A DNA stretch of 64,000 nucleotides, from the IMG/VR virus record IMGVR_UViG_3300023175_000028, positions 3,473 through 67,472 of that record. One strand, written 5' to 3'. The notes under the pieces were generated by a model. It was not told where the DNA came from and made no database searches. It saw nothing but the letters and a program-made list of their open reading frames with translations. Positions within the stretch are counted from its first letter, which is position 1; every line of letters begins with the position of its first letter. Source of the DNA: a virus. The translations under genes and the position numbers were made by a program. This document shows positions 59,966 through 64,000 of the stretch, one piece after another.

Positions 59966-61009
59966 ATGTATTTTAAATATATAGATAAAATAAACAAAGA
60001 TTTAAAACGTACAAAAAAAGCAGTTATTAGTTTAGGTTGTTCTTTTGTTGAAGGACAAGGAGCAGTTGATCAAGACTTGTATGAAAGTTACGATTGGCAT
60101 ATGGATAAAACAGGTATTCCAATGGCTCCAAAACTTGATAGTAATGCTAAGAAACAATTAGTTAAAGATTATCCAGAGCTTGAACTTAAAGGAGATCAGA
60201 TTGATTGGACAAACATGGAATATAAAAATTCTTTTGTAAATGTTTTATGTAAAAAATATTTAAAGAAAGAATATACGCCAATTAATTTTGGCTTAAGAGG
60301 AAGAGGAAATAGAGCATCAATTAGATCTTTATATCTTTGGCCTGATATTGATTGGCATCATGCTAAAGAAATTATAGTAATTTATATGCCAAGCGGACAA
60401 GAAAGATTTGATCTTGCAAATGATGAGTTTAATGAACATGGACAATTTCATTGTATGTGGCCACATTATAGGGATCAACCTTCGGGCTCTAAAAGAACTC
60501 TATGGCAAGGTTATGCTGAAGCAGTATATTCTGAAAAGTCTGCTGTTTTAGAACAAATTGGAAATGTTATTGAGTTAAAAAATTGGTGTATAGCGAATGA
60601 TGCAAAATTAATTATTACTCCAGGGTTTGATAAAAATTATACAAAAGAAAAATTTAATTTAATCCTACAAGATTACAGTGTTCGAGACGGAGGACAAAAT
60701 ATAACTTATTATCAGTCAGCCTCTGATAGTAAAGCCGCTGTAGAAAAATTAAAAGCTAATCGTCACGAAGGTCATTTAGAAACACTTAAAAAACTTGTAG
60801 ATCAATGGCCTTGGGATAAAATGTTCTATCCTGATGGTTGCGAAACTTTTATGGATCTGTGTTTAAAGAAAGAAGGCATCTTTAATAAAGGTTTTTGGGA
60901 TTATAACGGTAAAGGAACAAAGAATCATTGGGTAACAGTTTGTTGCCATCCAAGTGCAAAAGCACACGATTTGTATGCAAAATTACTTGGAGAACATATT
61001 AATGCATGA
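59966..61009 (+). CDS. SGNH/GDSL-like hypothetical protein
   Basis: LGCSFVEG, NFG..G.GN and C-terminal HPSAKAH. Confidence 0.55.
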   Translation: MYFKYIDKINKDLKRTKKAVISLGCSFVEGQGAVDQDLYESYDWHMDKTGIPMAPKLDSNAKKQLVKDYPELELKGDQIDWTNMEYKNSFVNVLCKKYLKKEYTPINFGLRGRGNRASIRSLYLWPDIDWHHAKEIIVIYMPSGQERFDLANDEFNEHGQFHCMWPHYRDQPSGSKRTLWQGYAEAVYSEKSAVLEQIGNVIELKNWCIANDAKLIITPGFDKNYTKEKFNLILQDYSVRDGGQNITYYQSASDSKAAVEKLKANRHEGHLETLKKLVDQWPWDKMFYPDGCETFMDLCLKKEGIFNKGFWDYNGKGTKNHWVTVCCHPSAKAHDLYAKLLGEHINA

Positions 61010-61790
61010 ATGGCCGCAAGCCCCTGTAGAGGTTCCTGAGTATTATACTGATAAAGAGCTGTTAACTTATAAATGGTTAACGTTGTTTGATCACGATAAC
61101 CCTAATGTCCTTACTAATAAATTTTCGTCAGGTGACACATACGAATTGTTTCAACAAAATCTACAAACACAGCCTGAAGATTGGCACTATAGAACTAAAA
61201 AAGTTGAATACATAGTAAATTCTAAAGGATACCGAGCACCAGAATTTGATAATATACCTTGGAGAGATTCTATAGTTGTATTTGGGTGTTCAATGACTGC
61301 TGGTATTGGAGTAGCAGAAGATGAAACAATTACTCACTATCTAAGTAAAAAAGCAGATCGGCCTGTTATTAATTTAGGTGTTCCAGGCGCGGCATTAGAC
61401 TTTACATTAACTAATAATTATCTATTAAGAAAAAATTATCCTAAGCCGTGGGCAGTTATTAATTTGTTTACAAATACACACCGACTAACACGTTACAAAA
61501 AAATGCATCCAGAGTTTTTAGGATTATGGTCTAAAGATGATCCGTATTGGTCTGGATTTTTTGAAAACGAATATAATCCTATTATGTCAGCAATGTTCAA
61601 GATAGATCAAATTAAATGGATGTGGAGTAGTACAAAAACTTTTAATGCATCGTATTTTGATGATGCGGCATACTACGGAAAATGCCACAAATTAGAGTTT
61701 GGTAATACTGCAAGAGATTTAACACATTGCGGCCGTCTTGACAATAAAAGAAATGCTTCTTTAATTTGGTCATACTTACGAAACACTTGA
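61002..61790 (+). CDS. SGNH/GDSL-like hypothetical protein
   Basis: NSKGYR, FGCSMTAG, NLGVPG and ARDLTHCG; likely start is the ATG at 61002. Confidence 0.55.
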   Translation: MHEWPQAPVEVPEYYTDKELLTYKWLTLFDHDNPNVLTNKFSSGDTYELFQQNLQTQPEDWHYRTKKVEYIVNSKGYRAPEFDNIPWRDSIVVFGCSMTAGIGVAEDETITHYLSKKADRPVINLGVPGAALDFTLTNNYLLRKNYPKPWAVINLFTNTHRLTRYKKMHPEFLGLWSKDDPYWSGFFENEYNPIMSAMFKIDQIKWMWSSTKTFNASYFDDAAYYGKCHKLEFGNTARDLTHCGRLDNKRNASLIWSYLRNT

Positions 61791-61815
61791 CAAAAATAAG
61801 GAAAGATGTTAAAGT
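61787..61815 (+). promoter_or_regulatory. Internal sigma70-type promoter
   Basis: TTGACA-N17-TAAAGT with TGn; the ATG at 61822 lies about 7 nt downstream. Confidence 0.6.
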
Positions 61816-61821
61816 AGTAAA

Positions 61822-62496
61822 ATGTACGATATTGTCTTTATTAGTTATGGCGAAGCATATGCAGAAGATAATTGGAATTTGCTAAAAAGTAAGTTTCCAA
61901 CAGCAAAACGTGTTGACGGCGTAAAAGGTATACACCAAGCACACATTAAAGCGGCTAAAAAATGTTTTACTAAAATGTTTTGGGTTGTTGATGCTGACGC
62001 ACAATTAGTAAACGACTTTAACTTTGACTATGAAGTAGACGAATATAATTTAGAAACTGTGCATGTTTGGCGTAGTATTAACCCTATTAACAATTTAGAA
62101 TACGGTTATGGTGGAGTAAAATTACTTCCACGCAAACTTACTATCAATATGGATTTAAGTAAACCTGATATGACTACAAGCATATCAGATAAATTTTGTG
62201 CTGTAAATCAAATATCAAATATTACTGCTTTTAATGCAGATCCGTACAGTACATGGCGCAGTGCATTTAGAGAATGTGCTAAACTATCAAGCAAAACGAT
62301 ACAAGGACAAGTAAATGAAGAAACAGACGCAAGGCTTAACACATGGACTACAGTCAGCAATGGAAACTTTGGTGAATATGCGATACGAGGTGCTCGGGCT
62401 GGTATGGAGTTTGGCATTTCTAACAGCGATAATCTTCAGTTAATTAACGATTACGATTGGCTATATGAACAATTTCGAAAACATACCATGGAATAA
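61822..62496 (+). CDS. Glycosyltransferase-like protein, paralog of 54585..55478
   Basis: DIVFISYGE, AHIKAA, VVDAD, YGYGGVK and TWRSAFRE. Confidence 0.6.
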   Translation: MYDIVFISYGEAYAEDNWNLLKSKFPTAKRVDGVKGIHQAHIKAAKKCFTKMFWVVDADAQLVNDFNFDYEVDEYNLETVHVWRSINPINNLEYGYGGVKLLPRKLTINMDLSKPDMTTSISDKFCAVNQISNITAFNADPYSTWRSAFRECAKLSSKTIQGQVNEETDARLNTWTTVSNGNFGEYAIRGARAGMEFGISNSDNLQLINDYDWLYEQFRKHTME

Positions 62497-63463
62497 TATA
62501 ACAAAGTTTGGTCAAAAAACTTTATTAGATACTGACTTGTTTACAGTATCTTGGATTCTTGCGAGATTTTGTAACTATAATTGTAGTTACTGCTGGCCTT
62601 ATGCAAGATCAAGTACTCCTGATCATCAAGATTTAGAATTATATAAACGATCTCTTACTGAAATAAAAATGCAAGCAAGAGAAAACGGATTTAATAACTT
62701 TCATTTCAGTTTCAGCGGAGGTGAGCCAACAGCCTATAAATACTTTGGGGAGCTCATAGAGCATTACTGTAGTGATACAGCACCTGAATATCAAAGTATA
62801 CATATGACTACTAACCTAAGTCCAGGAAGTAAATGGTGGAACAAATGGTTAGAAACAACTAAGACTCTGCAACGCAGAAGTATAACTGCAAGTTACCATG
62901 CAGAGTTTGCTAACGAGCAAGAGTTTGGAGACAAATGCTTGCAATTAATGAAAGGAGGAACCTATGTTACAATCAATCAAGTTATGGTTCCTGAAATTTT
63001 TGAAGATCTTTACGAAAGGCTTGAACGATTTGCCGCCAGAGGTATTAACGTCACTCTCAAGCCACAGTCCGATCCTACCGCCAGCTACGTGGTACATGGA
63101 TACACTGATGAACAAATACAAAAAATGCGAACCGGATTCCCACAACAAGTCGGAAAAGTCCAAGTCGCCCAAGTTGCGCTCTACGACGATAAAGGAATAG
63201 AGTACGAATTAGATCAAGCAGAACGTTTTAATGCGTTTGGCTTTAATAAGTTTCAAGGGTGGACTTGCAATGCAGGTTACCAAGGAATAGTTATACGTGA
63301 AAACGAAGTAAAACGTAGTTACAGTTGTCACGAAGAACCTTTGGGTACATTATCTGAAGGATTTGAAATATTTAAAGAGCCCCAAGCATGTGTTACACCA
63401 AGTTGTGTAAGTTCAGCAGACAGTAAACTACCAAAGGTAAAAGAAAATGTTAAAATTAGTTAA
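62465..63463 (+). CDS. Radical SAM protein with C-terminal Cys cluster
   Basis: CNYNCSYC, SGGEP, and CNAG...SC...C....C at the C-terminus. Confidence 0.85.
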   Translation: MNNFENIPWNNITKFGQKTLLDTDLFTVSWILARFCNYNCSYCWPYARSSTPDHQDLELYKRSLTEIKMQARENGFNNFHFSFSGGEPTAYKYFGELIEHYCSDTAPEYQSIHMTTNLSPGSKWWNKWLETTKTLQRRSITASYHAEFANEQEFGDKCLQLMKGGTYVTINQVMVPEIFEDLYERLERFAARGINVTLKPQSDPTASYVVHGYTDEQIQKMRTGFPQQVGKVQVAQVALYDDKGIEYELDQAERFNAFGFNKFQGWTCNAGYQGIVIRENEVKRSYSCHEEPLGTLSEGFEIFKEPQACVTPSCVSSADSKLPKVKENVKIS

Positions 63464-63878
63464 TGACGATTGGACATTAGGTTATGTAAAAGACGATCCA
63501 GTACGTCCTCATTTGCCAATGCATTGGCGGACAGTAAACGGTAGAGAAGTTTACTGTTTAATAGACGACGAAGAGTTTGTTGCTCGTGCAGTTGTTTGTG
63601 TTGCATATACTAACGGTGTTGTTATTACAGAAGAAGAACTAAACAACACTGATAATCCTAATACAGCAATGTTTTATACTGTATGGAGTTATGATAAAGG
63701 TGCCGGCAGAGAAATTATTTTTAGTACAGCAGAAAAAATACAACAAGAAAAGCCTCACATCAAAAGATTTTGCACACTAAGTCCGTTAACTGAAATGGCA
63801 GAAAAGTTTCATTTGCGTAATGGTGCAAAATTTTTACGTAAAGGCAAAACCTGTCAAAATTTTGAATATAAATTATGA
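63447..63878 (+). CDS. Hypothetical protein, possibly GNAT-like
   Basis: FYTVWSYDKGAGR, TLSP and FHLRNGA. Confidence 0.5.
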   Translation: MLKLVNDDWTLGYVKDDPVRPHLPMHWRTVNGREVYCLIDDEEFVARAVVCVAYTNGVVITEEELNNTDNPNTAMFYTVWSYDKGAGREIIFSTAEKIQQEKPHIKRFCTLSPLTEMAEKFHLRNGAKFLRKGKTCQNFEYKL

Positions 63879-64000
63879 AAATTGAAATAGAAGATATATT
63901 GTTTTGGATGGACGCTATCCGCGATAGCGAAGATAGGTATCGTACATTAGAAAGTTTTTGGAAAGGCCAAATAAAAAGTAAAGTCTGGCTTACAGAAGCA
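63875..64000 (+). CDS. N-terminus of a further cluster gene, truncated by the window edge
   Basis: ATGA overlap at 63875; MKIEIEDILFWMDAIRDSEDRYRTLESFWKGQIKSKVWLTEA is open to the end. Confidence 0.65.
   Translation, partial: MKIEIEDILFWMDAIRDSEDRYRTLESFWKGQIKSKVWLTEA

Noticed and set aside
55475-63463. Radical SAM genes as PqqE partners of the phage PqqA
   Set aside because: They lie over 50 kb away in a sugar-enzyme context, no PqqD/B/C is present, and neither shows a PqqE-like full C-terminal SPASM layout.
1-64000. Stop-codon reassignment, tRNA genes, inteins or a diversity-generating retroelement
   Set aside because: Genes are intact in the standard code and all three stops are used; by eye I found no tRNA cloverleaf, intein motif, reverse transcriptase or template/variable repeat pair. 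A tRNAscan or repeat search would be needed to be certain.

Overview
A 64-kb piece of a large, AT-rich, T4-like myovirus genome read in the standard genetic code; no cellular genes are evident. The minus strand carries the head module (portal, acidic core protein, prohead protease, scaffold, major capsid), a tape-measure-like gene, the gp46/gp47 nuclease pair and the gp55 late sigma factor. The plus strand carries the baseplate and fibre module, including a 5196-aa protein, then a 12-kb cluster of glycosyltransferase-like, radical SAM, sugar dehydratase and 2OG-Fe(II) oxygenase genes. The most interesting signals are missed by the ORF track. (1) The 840 bp after the capsid gene hold a 23-aa PqqA (PQQ precursor) gene, a glnA-class glutamine riboswitch before a 33-aa ORF, a ~218-nt structured RNA with its own promoter and terminator, and a structured leader. 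(2) A ~490-nt heavily paired non-coding region lies directly behind a compact GIY-YIG nuclease. (3) A correctly phased -1 slippery site would fuse the gp26-like gene to the next ORF. All calls come from manual motif recognition; no searches or folding programs were run.
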